A DNA stretch of 64,000 nt, from assembly GCA_964016885.1 (NCBI GenBank), contig OZ024740.1:67580001-67644000 (forward strand), written 5' to 3'. This DNA comes from Eledone cirrhosa (Eukaryota). Shown here one piece after another: positions 43,726-57,280 of the stretch; the stretch's first letter is position 1, and each line of letters begins with the position of its first letter. Position numbers and translations under genes: made by a program. The notes under the pieces were generated by a model. The model saw only the letters and a program-made list of their open reading frames with translations. It had not been told where the DNA came from and searched no databases.

Positions 43726-46262
43726 CTCGGGGCACAGAGTCTACTGACTACATGTGTTTAATTCACTACCATCACTCCTGGAAAACTACCAAACCACAAT
43801 TTAAAGAAACCTTCATTTAACACAGACTGCAAACGTCCTCACGTCGAGTTGTAGCCGTAGTTTTGTTCCCTGGTCAAATGATGTGAAATCAACAATTGTT
43901 GCTTGATGTTCATAGTTTCGAAAAACTCCGCCAAGACGTTCTTTCTTTACTCCACCAGTTAATTAGATTATATACTTTCAAACAAAATGAAATGCCACAC
44001 CCTCCAGAATACTTAAAAATCAAGTGCCTGAACATGTCTTCTCCACTACTTTTAATGAATGCGCCCTATTAATAGCTTATATGCTCGCCAAACACTTTCT
44101 ATCTCTCGATGATTAGAAGTACTAATGTCCCATTCACAAAATGAGCAGCCTCTATGTTCTCCCAACTATACATATCGTTCTCAACTTGAACATGAAAAGT
44201 GATAAAAGGAATCGTTAACAATCATCTCCAAAACGATAAATTCCTTTCCTTACTGAAGTCCAAACACATCAGCTTTGGAAACATGATCTTTTATAAATCT
44301 TCACAACATTTTTGGTTAAACTTCAAGCTTATGAAATAGAATAACTTCTGATCCAATCTATATCAAAATCATGTGAGACGAAAGGCACTCTGTAGCACCC
44401 CCACACATGTCTCTGTACACTACGCTGCACGACCTTTTAGCTGTTAGCTATTAAATCTCTCTCGCCAGTAAAGATGATACCGTTTTCACACCTCCATAAA
44501 CGCAGGTGTTATACACATGACGCCACTAAAGCTTGTCTGAAACCTGTACTGTCATAATAAACATAATCTTCAATTATATTCCCCAAAGAGTGATACAAAT
44601 ATTGGTCTCCTCAATACCACAATTACAATATGACTGCGCGTATCAAAGGAATGTCATGTCACTTCGTCCTCACTATTCGTGAAAACACGATCACGTAGGC
44701 ATGATTAAAATGAACGTGCAGATAATTCAGATAATTGCCGTACTCCATTCATGCAATTTTAGATTTAAAGCGGAATTTGAAGGCAACGAGCAAGCATGAT
44801 TTGTTTAGGATTAGCTGCAGAATCTTCATATTTAAGTCTATCCTCTAAAATGATTCTATATTTCAGTCCTTGCTATACTATTCCAGAAGAGAAGAAAGGA
44901 TGTCATGGTTGTGATTTAATATTAGTTAAATAATGTAGGTATTCAGCTAGTAGTTGTGGTTATTGGGACATTATTGAAACTAGTAGAGGCAGTAGTACAA
45001 ATAAATAGTTTGTGTATTTCAAATAGTCGTGGCCATTTTAGAAGGGTGTACCAGTCAGAGGTTTGATAATGTTTGAGATAATTGTAGTTAAAATGGTTAC
45101 AATGGTTATTTTGAAATAAACGAAGAAGAGTATAGTAGTGATGGTTGCAATAGTATTACGAAAATTAGTAAGAACCTGATCGTCAAATCATACCAAAGGA
45201 ATCATGTTTCCCTAGCTAATGCAATCTGCCTGTAACAAATCCTGTTAGAAGGTTGTGAGAGTTGAGCATAGAACTCACAGAGCTGGTTGAAATATCACAA
45301 GACATCCCGTCAGATACTTTAACAATTCTATCAACCACTGTCCCTGAACTTGTGTTTTATTTATCGTCCATGAATGGAGGAAAAGCAAAGTTCACTTCAA
45401 CTGTATTTGCATTCTTCATGCAGAGAAGCTGAGCAAATGCAGACATTTAATCCGACTTTCCAATGATTTGCTACGAGTTTATAGTATTATATTAGTAATA
45501 TAAGTTATTAATAATTTTATTCTAGCTAACAGCCCCAAATCTGGAAACCAGTAAAACAATAATAAAAATCTCAGAAAAAATACTTAAAAAAAAAGAAAAG
45601 CTGAACACATGATCTCATATTTTGTTCGTTCTCATAGCTTCGGAAAAGAATATACCAAAAGCTTAGACATATTGTGTCTCAGACTTTCCACGCCCTCAAC
45701 CCTATCACATCCTTTTGTTTTATTCCTCCTAAAGAGGATCTTATATTGTTTGCTAGCTGCATTCTGTGGTTATGGTATCAGTTTCAAAGACAGACTTTAC
45801 CCCATGAGGCATTAGCATAACACAGCCCTGATCATAGTGAGTTTTTATAGGCAGCATCCTTTTCGGATGAAACAATAAGCAGTTTTCAGTGAGAAAGGAA
45901 TACAATTTACCACAACATATCATCCATCCATCCATCCATCCATCAAAACATTCATTTATTCAACCATTTACTCATTCATTCTCAAACCTCTCATATCGAA
46001 ACTTATCTATAGCCTGTAAGACTATTTTTCACAGTCAATAAACCTGCGCTGAAGTTGTTACGTTTATAAATAAAAGAAGGTACATTCATATATATATATA
46101 TATATATATATAAACATACAATACACACACACATACACATATATATATACTTATGTTATATACTTACGTTATCTAGCTCCTACCCCAGTGCTAGAGAACT
46201 TTCCGACCCTACCACGCCATATCCTGTCTTTTCCATCCAGCTCAAGTTCCTTTACCCGCACC

Positions 46263-48396
46263 ATGCGAAAACACAATATCGACTTCTCTACCAATAACAT
46301 CCCAATTCCACTGAGAAAACTTTACCTTCGGATGCTCACGCAAAAAATCGACCTTTTTGCGAAAAGACTAAGATGGAGAACTTTTTCTGATAGATACCGA
46401 GACAACCAGGACTTCGACAACAAGGAGAGATTCGGATTCATTACCTACAAATCTCCCCCACCGAATCCTATGCTCTCACTCTTCGAGAACGACCTTTTCC
46501 AACTGGTCAAGGGTATAAATTCAAACCCAGACACAACCGATTCCTACAACAACTCCGTAGCAAAATAACGGAGTATGAAGGCACCAACGACACCCTGGTT
46601 CACTCGGACAAAACTGGAAACCTCTATTTCGTCAACCCGGACAGATACCACGCACTGACCAGGAGCAGCCTAAACTCTACCTATAAAAAGGCTAACACTC
46701 AATTATTGAGGACATACATCTAGAGGGACAACAAATTACGTCTGCCTCGGAGTCGCAGACCGCACTGAACCCCTCGACCAACGGACTACCTACTTCACAC
46801 TGAATGACCACAAATCCGACTTTGACCGCAAACCATCCATCAAGATAATAAACCCGACGAAGTCGGACATTAGGGACAATCAGCAAAAAAAATCCTGGAC
46901 CACGTTATACCAAAAGTTGAGCAAAACGCGAGACTTAGACTATTGGTTAGCACACAGGAAGTAATCTCATGATTCAGGAATATTGAGGACAAACGGCACA
47001 CAAAATTCATCCAGTTTGACATATAGAGTTACTATCCTTCTATTACCTTACCGCTCCTTACGGCCGCCTTGGACTTTGCCGAAACACACGCACCCATCAC
47101 CGACCAGGAAAGAAATATCATTCTCCACGCCAGGAAGACAGTCCTACTTTTCGACAACTCCAAATGGATAAAGAGAGCTCCCGACTCACCATTCGACGTC
47201 GGCATGGGCGCGACCGATTCGGCCGAGATCAACGATCTTAGAGGATTATTCCTACTATTTAAACTCACCGAAATGTTTCCCGGGTTGTACCGAGACGATG
47301 GGCTCCTTACCCTCGAATGGTACAACCCCAGTAGTACAGACCGGGTCCGTAAACAACTTATCAACTTTTTTCGGGACTGTGGATTTAAAATCACCCTACA
47401 AACGTCACTAACCCGAGTAAATTTCCTGGACATTACCCTCAACCTCAAAAATGACCTGTACTACCCATACAGGAAACCAAACGACAACCTGCATTACATC
47501 CACCGCCGCTCTAACCATCCTAGAAACATCACCAATAATCTGGTTAAACATCTCCCTCCGCATATCTCGTTTGTCCGCTAATGAGCAGATATTCGACGAA
47601 CATGCACCTCATTACAACCAGGCCCTCAAGCGGAGTAGCTTCCGGGAGGAATTATCCTTCTATCCAGCTTCCCTTAGCGGAACCAGAAAGCGACGCCGCC
47701 GCTCATGCCACGTAACGTGGTTCAATCCACCCCCACGATGCCGAAGTGGAAACACCTATCGGGAAAATCTTCTTTAGGCTCCTTGAAAAACACTTTCCAC
47801 CACAAACCGCTACCACAACATAATAAAAGAAAACACTATCAAGCTATCCTACAGTACCACACCCAACTTCGCACAAGACATCGTCTCCTCAAACAACAAG
47901 AGCTCACCCCTATGGAAGAAACAACCTAGAAATTAGTGAAGAGCCGACCAGGAGGTGTAACTGCCCTGATGGATCTACGTGCCCCCTCAACAACAGATGC
48001 CGAGAACTTAACGTCATCTACCAGTGCAGCGTGAGGACGGACACCTCCAACAAAGCTTATGTAGGATTAACCGCTGGTGACTTTAAGACCCGGCTCTACC
48101 AAAACCGACATACGTTCCGAAATCCTGCCCGGCGACATGCCACCACACTTTTGGGCCATATCTGGGACCACCAAGATAATAATATATCTTACCATCTTAC
48201 TTGGAACTTACTGTCCAGAGCTAACTCTTACACGGGAGGACGCTGTCCGTGTAACTTATGCTCGGAGGAAACATTACAAATGCTGTTTACGAAGGATCAA
48301 CTCCTAAACAAAAAAGACAAACTGGTAACTGCATGCAAACACAGATTGCAGAAGTCTTACCTCACCCTCAAACCCCCTAACGATCCGGGTGGGTAG
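46263..48396 (+). pseudogene. Near full-length Naiad-like PLE ORF (RT + GIY-YIG) with frameshifts and stops
   Basis: MRKHNIDFSTNNIPIP, KRLRWR, FENDL, SDKTGNLY, FDVGMGATDSAE, GLYRDDGL, SNHP, WFNPP, CNC..CPL..C, YVGLT, CNLC, LLNKKDKLVTACKH across shifted frames. Confidence 0.92.
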
Positions 48397-49181
48397 ACTA
48401 GGGCTGAAACACCCCACTTGCCGAATAAGATAGGATAAACCCCTACTGATATAGGTAGATGTACCTCTTTTCTATTCCTCCAAGTTTTCCTCTTCCCTTT
48501 GTCTCCCACTATCACTTCTTTCCACCACCGAACTTCTTCCTCGTTCGTTTCTTTGTTTTTTTCCCCTTTTGCCTACCCCGAGGCTGCCCATTGGGCCTCT
48601 TTAGCCTCAGTACCCCAACCCAGTAACTTACAGATAGCTTTCGCTGATTACGCTGTACTAACTATTCACAACAGCTGTGTTAGACCCCAGATATGTGGTA
48701 TTAATTTTTAATACTAAATTTTTAATACTAAATTTTTCCAATTATTCTCATCTAGCAACACATTCTGTGGCTTTGACCGAAATATAGCAGCTGTGTTAGA
48801 CTCCTTTTTTCACTTCTTACTTTCCAATCTTACTTTCTGTTACATATTCCTTTCATTTTTTATTATTTTCTTTTTTATTATATTTTTTCTTTGTCCCCTA
48901 ATCGCATTTGATTTACGATCTCTATAACGTCCCTCCACCAGTTTCTAAAGATACCATTTTTCGCCAACCTCCTCTGGCGTACTTTCATACACATTCCTTA
49001 GAATTTGCCGTGTAGATTTCACCTTCGACGCTTGACCGGCTCTACCCACTCCCCTATGGTGCTACAGGCAAGTTCAGCCATCCCCACCCCGCACCCGCTG
49101 CCATGATAGACTTTTCTGTGTCCGCTACAAATTTTGACCAATCCTCTTGACAACTACAATATTTCCATATAAGGAAGTAAC

Positions 49182-49366
49182 CTTGAAAAGTTCGGCTATT
49201 TATTTACCGGACTAAAAAATATCTTACTTTAGTCTAGAAATAGCCGTCGAAACGGCTTGAGCTCTGCCGTCGGGGTTATAATTTCTCCTATTACCCACTC
49301 TACTACCCTAAGTATTGAGTACTCTGGTGCGTTATGGTCCATCTGGTTCCTTACTACAACTCCTCC

Positions 49367-49367
<1 letters not shown>
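49182..49367 (+). mobile_element. Family C module (non-palindromic form), possible 3' end of the 46.2-kb PLE
   Basis: TTGAAAA-G..CGGCTATTT..GGACTAAA..TTTAGTCT-AGAAATAGCCGTC-GAAAC, then the family C tail and (TA)n; same strand as the upstream ORF. Confidence 0.65.
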
Positions 49368-49398
<31 letters not shown>

Positions 49399-49402
<4 letters not shown>

Positions 49403-49420
49403 ATAATAATAAACGTGAAG

Positions 49421-49478
<58 letters not shown>

Positions 49479-49494
49479 ATAATAATAAACGTGA

Positions 49495-49532
<38 letters not shown>

Positions 49533-49548
49533 ATAATAATAAACGTGA

Positions 49549-49580
<32 letters not shown>
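49399..49580 (+). repeat. Three-unit minisatellite gtaataataataaacgtgaaga(TA)n
   Basis: Direct reading. Confidence 0.9.
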
Positions 49581-49584
<4 letters not shown>

Positions 49585-50692
49585 CAAGATAATATAAATT
49601 AATATATTTGATAAACACTAATACCAACATATAAGTGTCTGTATTGTAAATGACAGAGTTAGCTAGATTGAAAAATACTAATTATAATAATACAATCTGC
49701 CTGTCTCGATTTAAAATAATAAATCAATAAAAACAAATCATATTGGCAAATGGCCGTGGTACTTGGACAAATTTAAATTTCAAAATCCAAACCTGCTCCG
49801 TAGATAAGTTTAAACTCTAAAATCCAAATATGTTTCGATAAATGAAAAAGTGAAAAAATACCAAATTCAGATCTCTTCAGCATGTACCCTGAAAAATTGG
49901 TATGTTTCACTTCAAAATATTTAAGAAGATTTTATTGATTTATTATTTTAAATCGAGACAGGCAAACTGTATTATTATAATTAGTATTTTTCAATCTAGC
50001 TAACTCAGTCATTTACAATACAAACACTTATATGTTGGTATTAGTGTTTATCAAATATTAATTTATATTAACTTGTATTACACGGCTCAGAAATACTTCT
50101 TTCTCTGAGCTATTTCATTGTAAAGGACTGTTTGAGTTTAGAACTCGTTATTCATAGTATCACGGCTCCTTGTCGAGCTAATTTTTAGCCCCATAAAAAC
50201 GGCTGTTATTTCTAGCAGCACGAGTATGAGGCAGCTAGACACTGAAAAACCATGTGCGTTATTCAGTCTTCTTAATTATTTTGAAGTGAAACATACCAAT
50301 TGTTCAGGGTACTTGCTGAAGAGATCTGAATTTGGTATTTTTTCACTTTTTCATTTATCGAAACATATTTGGATTTTAGAGTTTAAACTTATCTACGGAG
50401 CTGGTTTGGATTTTGAAATTTAAATTTGTCCGAGTACCACGGCCATTTGCCAATATGATTTGTTTTTATTGATTTATTATTTTAAATTGAGACAGGCAAA
50501 CTGTATTATTATAATTAGTATTTTTCAATCTAGCTAACTCAGTCATTTACAATACAAACACTTATATGTTGGTATTAGTGTTTATCAAATATATTAATTT
50601 ATATTAACTTGTATTACACGGCTCAGAAATACTTCTTTCTTTGAGCTATTTCATTGTAAAGGACTGTTTGAGTTTAGAACTCGTTATTCATA

Positions 50693-50695
<3 letters not shown>
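49580..50695. mobile_element. Non-coding element with inverted (~350 bp) and direct (~230 bp) duplications
   Basis: 49580-49929 is the reverse complement of ~50268-50617; 49930-50160 repeats ~50464-50695; (TA)n on both flanks. Confidence 0.8.
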
Positions 50696-50775
<80 letters not shown>

Positions 50776-51427
50776 TATACATATATATCAGGAATAAAAC
50801 CGTCATCGGTTTAGCAACCATTTAATTTTTTATTTATTTATTTATAAACCATTCTTTATAACATTTTATGTGAGAGCCCTTGTTGTGTTATTCTCCAAAC
50901 GCCAGCTTAATGAGGAACAAATTATTGATATTCCTAAATCACTTCACATTGTTTGTTACCTCAAACATATCATAATTTGAAAATCTTTGGCAGTGGTATT
51001 TATTAGAAATATGCTAATGAGTTGGTTAAAACAATGCGTACTATACCCTACATTTTATAGAACCTTTCAATTCTCTATCCATAATTTCTACAAAGTTCCT
51101 AAAATATGAATGCTTCAACGATAGTCAAAAGAAACTAATGCTTTCCTTCCATTATCAGTCACGTTTCAGTCTTCACCCATTTTTAGTTGTTTTTCGTTAT
51201 GTATTTGTTTTTCTGGTAAACCTTATTACTGAAACTTCCACTTCAAATGTTACATATCATACTACAGATTCCAAACAATCTGTACATAAGTATATCTCCT
51301 CAACATAACACACCGCTATTTTTGTTCTCGTTCTTTCAACTTTATTTCTGGTCCATAGTTATATACATTCATATACACATACATACACACTAAAAAACAC
51401 CCAGGCATATAAGTATACATAAATATT

Positions 51428-51561
<134 letters not shown>

Positions 51562-51689
51562 ATATATAATATATATATAGTATAGTATATATAAATATAT
51601 ATATAAATATATAAATATATATATATATATATTTATATATATAGAGAGATTAATAAATTAACAACCATCAACATAATCACCATTATTTT

Positions 51690-51868
51690 CGCAGTATCGG
51701 TAGAGAGTCCGGCATGCTTTCCAGCGTAGTTACGTCCCTTTACGGTCTGAGTTCAAATCCCGCCGAGGTTAACTTTGCCTTTCATCCTTACGGGGTCGAT
51801 AAAATAAAGTACCAGTAATGCACTGAGTAATTGCTGGCCTTGTGCCAAAAAGTAGAAACAATTATTTT
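51690..51868 (+). mobile_element. tRNA-derived SINE
   Basis: gagttcaaatcccgccgaggttaactttgcctttcatccttacggggtcgataaaataaagtaccag; partial copy also at ~52064-52150. Confidence 0.88.
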
Positions 51869-52290
51869 ACATCCTCTTCTTACGCTGACTTGAGCTTAAC
51901 GGGCTTTCAATGCCTGAGACCCAACGGGCTGAAGCAACCCACCTTGCTCGTTGCCTTACTTGGCATGACGTCTGTAGCTGGATACCCTACCTAACACTAG
52001 CCACTTTGCAGGATAATATATTTAGTGCGTATTTAGTGACACGAACTAACACTATACAAAGTCTTTCATCCATAACGGGTCAATAAAATAAACGACCAGT
52101 AATGTACTGGGATTAATTGCTGGTGTTGTGCCAAAAGTAGAAATAATTATATAATGATACTGCCTGATGAGATAGCGTGATCTGTTACCTGATTGGACAA
52201 TCACGTTTGCCACGATCGTCATGGCAATATGTATAACAGATTTGCTGATAAAGGACCCTTTAAAATTTAAACTGAACCTCGCATTTTCCT

Positions 52291-52357
<67 letters not shown>

Positions 52358-52433
52358 ATGCAAATATATCTATAAATGCATATACATGTGTACAATTGTA
52401 TTTACACACTTACACGCAGACATGCACACACAC

Positions 52434-52485
<52 letters not shown>

Positions 52486-52487
<2 letters not shown>

Positions 52488-52559
52488 ATATTAAATAAAT
52501 GGAAACTATATTATATATATTTCAAGGGTACCAAAGCAACATTGGTACGCTTTCATCAT
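52486..52559 (-). ncRNA. Second family B hammerhead copy (C3 mutated)
   Basis: ATGATGA-AAGCGTACCAA-tgttgct-TTGGTACCCTT-GAAA-TATATATA; shares downstream AGTTTCCATTTATTTAATATCA with the 6.5-kb copy. Confidence 0.6.
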
Positions 52560-52585
52560 TACTTATATATATATATATATATATA

Positions 52586-52790
52586 AAGTTTGATATAGAA
52601 ATGGGTCCTTCAGAAGTACAACTGTTTCATTCGAAAGAAAACATCTGGAAAGCCCTGATGATTTATTTCTAATGAAACAATTCTAGAACTGTAGAACCCA
52701 TTTACATATAAAACTTCCTGTTTACACTCTATAATTTTTTTAAGTTTCTTACTTTCTGTTGTTACCACCGAAAGAACCATGGAGACGTAT
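52586..52790 (+). mobile_element. Family A module with fold-back and CTGATGA core
   Basis: CTGATGA(52655)-T-TTA-tttc-TAA-T-GAAAC; 52586-52648 is a diverged inverted copy of 52653-52716. Confidence 0.7.
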
Positions 52791-52807
52791 ATTACATATA
52801 TATATAT

Positions 52808-52881
<74 letters not shown>

Positions 52882-53204
52882 CTGTGTGTGAATGAAGTAA
52901 TTCTGTCGGAAAAGTACAGGAAAAAAGAGTGCTCTATGTAGGCTACATAGCTTATTAGTTATGTAATAAACAACATAAGATACATATGCTTTCAAGAAAC
53001 AACTGTAAATGAAATAATTATCTTATGTCGTTTATTACATAACTATATATATATGTATGTAAATGGGGGGGGGGGGGAGACGATTATTAGGTAGAAAAAT
53101 ATTTCTTTTTCCTTTATATTTTTCTCTTTTTTTCTGGGTTAGAAAATGTTTAAAACAAAATATTTCACTTTGTGTGAAGTGTTAAGGTATTATACATATA
53201 TATA

Positions 53205-53271
<67 letters not shown>

Positions 53272-53301
53272 ATATATATATATATATATAAATATATATA
53301 T

Positions 53302-54262
53302 AATTTTACTATACTTATGTGTTGCGGGAAAATGCTTTATAATAAGGGAGAGAAAGATCTTAGCTCATGGTGTGGCCACCCCCATATTATATGGAGGGTT
53401 ATACCATATAATGCGTCGGGATCTCTTTTTTCTAGGTTTGTTCTCGTACTCTGTATATGCTACCTTATCGATAAATCCACTCCGAGCAAGAGCTAAAACA
53501 CTCACAGTGGTTAAGGATTTCGAAGTTGATGTCATCTTCAATGCCCGTTAGTCGGTGATTAATTTAGACGACTCTATTTGGATTAAAAAATCTAATAATT
53601 CGACGTGAGTATGGGCGCCAGTGATTCTGTTACTGATCTTATAGGCCTTTTTCTTCCTTTCTCTATCAAGGAAGAATTCCCCAAGGTGGGCCGTGGTTTG
53701 TACCGTGATGATGGTCTTTTGAATATGACAAAGTGCGGCCCACGTGCTTGCGACAGGTTCAGAAAAGAATTCACAGCCTTCTTTAAAGGCTTTCACCCTC
53801 TCCATACAGGTTGAGGCCAACCTCTCGGTCGTTAATTACCTCGACGTTACCCTCAATTTATTGAATGGCTTGCACTACCCGTATAGAAAGCCGAATGATA
53901 CGCTTAATTACATAAGTAAGCATTCTAACCATTCTGACAGCTTAACCAAGAACCTGATAAGAAACGTTTCTTTGAGGCTTTCCCGTCTATCTACTAACGA
54001 CCATATTTTCAACGACCATTCCACATATTACAGTGAAGCTCTGCTCGATAAGGTAGCATATACAGAGTACGAGAATAGACCTAGAAAAAATAGATCCCGA
54101 CGCATTATATGGTATAACCCACCATATAATATTGAGGTGGCCACACCATTAACTAAGATCTTTCTCTCCCTTATTATGAAGCATTTTACCCAACACATAA
54201 ATATAGTAACATTTTTAATAGAAATACCATTAACATTTCTTACTCTACGACTCCTAATCTTG
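53302..54262 (+). mobile_element. Internal Naiad-like PLE fragment with an inverted copy at its 5' end
   Basis: FDVSMGASDS, GLYRDDGL, VNYLDVTLNL, SNH, IIWYNPPY; 53302-53494 is the reverse complement of ~54038-54213; (TA)n on both flanks. Confidence 0.88.
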
Positions 54263-54324
54263 TATATATATATATATATATATATATATGCGTGTGTGTG
54301 TGTATGCGTGACTGCGTGTATGTG

Positions 54325-54440
<116 letters not shown>

Positions 54441-54694
54441 CGTGTGTGTATGTGTGCGCGTGTGTGTGTGTATGTGTGTGTGTGTGTGTGTGTGCGTGTG
54501 TGTGGGGGGGGGCGTGACTGCGTCTATGCGTATATATAAATGCAAGTTTACGATTCTGTGTGTCCGCCTAAAACTAGCAAACTACCTGACAAAACTCCTC
54601 AAAATTACATGTACATATTCACTATACGAGTACACTCGGACAGGTAACGGTAGAAACAGTTTTACGTTGCAACGCAAGGAATTCATTTAAATTC

Positions 54695-54894
54695 NNNNNN
54701 NNNNNNNNNNNNNNNNNNNNNNNNNNNNNNNNNNNNNNNNNNNNNNNNNNNNNNNNNNNNNNNNNNNNNNNNNNNNNNNNNNNNNNNNNNNNNNNNNNNN
54801 NNNNNNNNNNNNNNNNNNNNNNNNNNNNNNNNNNNNNNNNNNNNNNNNNNNNNNNNNNNNNNNNNNNNNNNNNNNNNNNNNNNNNNNNNNNNNN
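54695..54894. other. Assembly gap (200 N)
   Basis: Run of N. Confidence 1.
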
Positions 54895-55305
54895 GCCCAA
54901 ACACAAGCCGAAGCACACGCACAACACAAATACATACATTATATAATGAGAATAGAGTTGCCTATTATATTTCTCTTCGTTCCTATCACATATAATATGC
55001 TTTTAGGTGCATTTATGTATAAACGTAGCTTTACGTTTTGAGTTTAAATCCTTTCTGTTTATATAGAAAAGTCATTACAATGCAACGAGAGGAAACAAAA
55101 TAGTAACACTAATGATGTCACAAGTGTGTAATGAAAGAAATTTTATAGCATATATATATATATATATATATTGTTATACTTTGGGAGGGTCATGTTGCCA
55201 ATAAGAAACACACGCACCAGTTGCTTTCACTTCAATTTATTATAATAAATTTATAAATTTCTGGTTGGTTGGTTGGTTCCACAACCAGATAGTTGTTTAT
55301 ATATT

Positions 55306-55348
55306 GTCATAGTTCTTTCCTCACACACTCTCTGACCTCTTCAGTGAC
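55306..55348 (-). ncRNA. Minimal type I hammerhead candidate in the PLE 3' region
   Basis: GTCA-CTGAAGA-GGTCA..TGAG-GAAA-GAAC-TA-TGAC: stem I GTCA/TGAC, CUA triplet; G.G mismatch at the base of stem II. Confidence 0.55.
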
Positions 55349-55549
55349 TGGGGATTCCTTTCTTTGTTTTTGTGCCTCTCCTTTGTTCTGTCCTACGCCA
55401 TTTTGTTTCTGTGTGTGTGTTGTGTGCTCAGTCTGCGCATGCGCCACATCCGGGTGTCTGTGTGTGTTTATATTCATTTATTTATTTGTTTATTTACATG
55501 TTACAGGTTGGTTGTTTGTTCTATGTGTGTGTGTGTTTTCATTTTGTCC

Positions 55550-56790
55550 TTAATTGTAAGTTGTGATGCTACTGTTCCACTCATATTTTCTATTTAATTT
55601 TGGTTGTAATTCTTTTATATTTATTGCCTCTGTGATTTGTCTAAACATTGCGTCTTTTCTGTGTGTAGATTCTATTTTTATTTCTATGTTCTCTAATTTA
55701 CCCTTGTGTTCTATTTTAGCATGTTGGTAGAGTACAGGTGATTCTTTACTATCTTGAAGGTCTCGCCAGTGTTCATTTATCCGTTCCCCTACACTACGAG
55801 ATGTCTCACCTATGTACACTATATTTTTGTCTCTACATTGTCCTTCAGTACATCTTATGCTATACACTACATTTCTAGTTTTACAATTAATATGGAGGCT
55901 TATTTTACAGGTTATACATTTCTTATCTATACATGAGGGTCTTTGAAAAGGGTATGTCTTGCTAATAAGTGTTTTTACGGAGGTACCTGGTCTTTCTACT
56001 ATCTTAATATTGAGTTTATGTTTATCTAGGGCCCTTCTAAATGTGTAAGCTAATTCACCTCTAGGGGTTGTATCGATGAACATTACACTCTGGTATTTAT
56101 TGCTATCATACCATGAGTTTATTCTATTAGCCTTGTTCCTAGTTCTTTCTATTCTATTCCAAAATTTGCTCCTATACAAGGGGCAGGTCCCATTTATGTC
56201 ATTATTTACCATATTTTCCCATTTGGTTCTGGCTCCTCTATACACTCTGATTTTATCTCTCTGATTATAGCCAGAGAACTGCATACGGTGGATGAAGTTT
56301 TGCATGTGTCTCTCTAGTTCTTCGGAGTTGCACATGCGGGACACGTTTCTCATCACCCGTACCAAATCCGCAATCAGTATGTTGATTTTGGTATGGTCCG
56401 AAACGGCTGAGTTTTCGTGGATCAGATGTTTGGAAGTCATGGGTTTGGCATAATGGGAATGGAGGATTTGTTTTTTGTTATTAATGGTATCTAACCAGAG
56501 CTCTGTGTCTAGTACAGGTAATCGATGGTTGGGGTGTTTACTTGGGTAGTCTATAGTAACTCTAATGCTCTGGTGAATGGAGTTAGCTATTTGCTGGATG
56601 CTTTCCATTATGTTTTTCTCTAGTTCCTGACTGTTCTCTAGTGGGGGTGTCTTAACTACGATGTTTATATCATCAACGTAGCGGGAGTACATTAACAGGG
56701 TTAAGTGGTCTTCTAATTGTTCTTTAAGTTTAAGTTTAAGTCTACTGTCCCACCATACCATGAATAAGTTAGCTATGTCGCCTGCATTCT
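55550..56790 (-). CDS. PLE RT C-terminal part + GIY-YIG, uninterrupted ~410 aa
   Basis: ANLFM, RYVDDI, LPVLD, FSGY, CITC..NC, VVY..C..C..YIGETSRS..R..EH, RQITEAI, LNRKYEWN. The first ~50 aa of the track ORF run through flank and (TA)n. Confidence 0.9.
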
Positions 56791-56809
56791 TGCTAAACAA
56801 ATTCAGAAA

Positions 56810-56858
<49 letters not shown>

Positions 56859-57109
56859 TCAAAACCGATCGTGTGGTCATGATCGATTATCACTGACCCC
56901 ATCAGGTGAATAATGAATTGCCTTCGGATCTTTATTTTGATACACATACTCCGCTTTATATCATCTAGCTGTTCCCATAAATGGACCTGGAGATATACAA
57001 AAGCGTGGAGAACTTAATATTGCTAACAAAAGTTTATTGGACCATATGACACAACCAATAATACACCTTACTATATAACTACATATATATATATACATAC
57101 TTAAATTTA

Positions 57110-57280
57110 TATTTTTAACCGTTGGTCAATCAATGATAAACATTGATTGCCAAATAAATTAACTATAGGGATATAAAATGTTCAGAAACGAAAACCAATC
57201 CAAACCAAACAGCGTGTGTTTTTTAACATTATTTCTGGCAATATTGTAAGATTAGACCCTTACCAAATATAAAAATATTT
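57110..57280 (+). mobile_element. Diverged family D module
   Basis: accgttggtcaatcaatg..cattgattgcc..aaccaaacagcgtgtgtt..ttctggcaatatt aligns with 59443-59612. Confidence 0.7.

Larger units (their letters stand above)
55171..56811 (-). mobile_element. 5'-truncated PLE of a non-Naiad lineage inserted in (TA)n
   Basis: Coding part, 3' region with hammerhead-like motif, family D terminus TGACCCTCCCAAAGTATAACAA; (TA)n on both sides. Confidence 0.88.

Noticed and set aside
43830-44800. Possible very old LINE remnant
   Set aside because: Only faint peptide resemblance; cannot be supported by eye.
46969-46972. In-frame TGA as possible selenocysteine (reported for some Naiad elements)
   Set aside because: It falls in EVIS*FRN where Trp is expected, the Cys positions use ordinary codons, the copy is frameshifted, and no SECIS was recognised.
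52163-52200. CTGATGA-GAT..ATC
   Set aside because: No GAAA after the stem; not a hammerhead.
54622-54939. ORFs with X runs
   Set aside because: Artefacts of the N gap.
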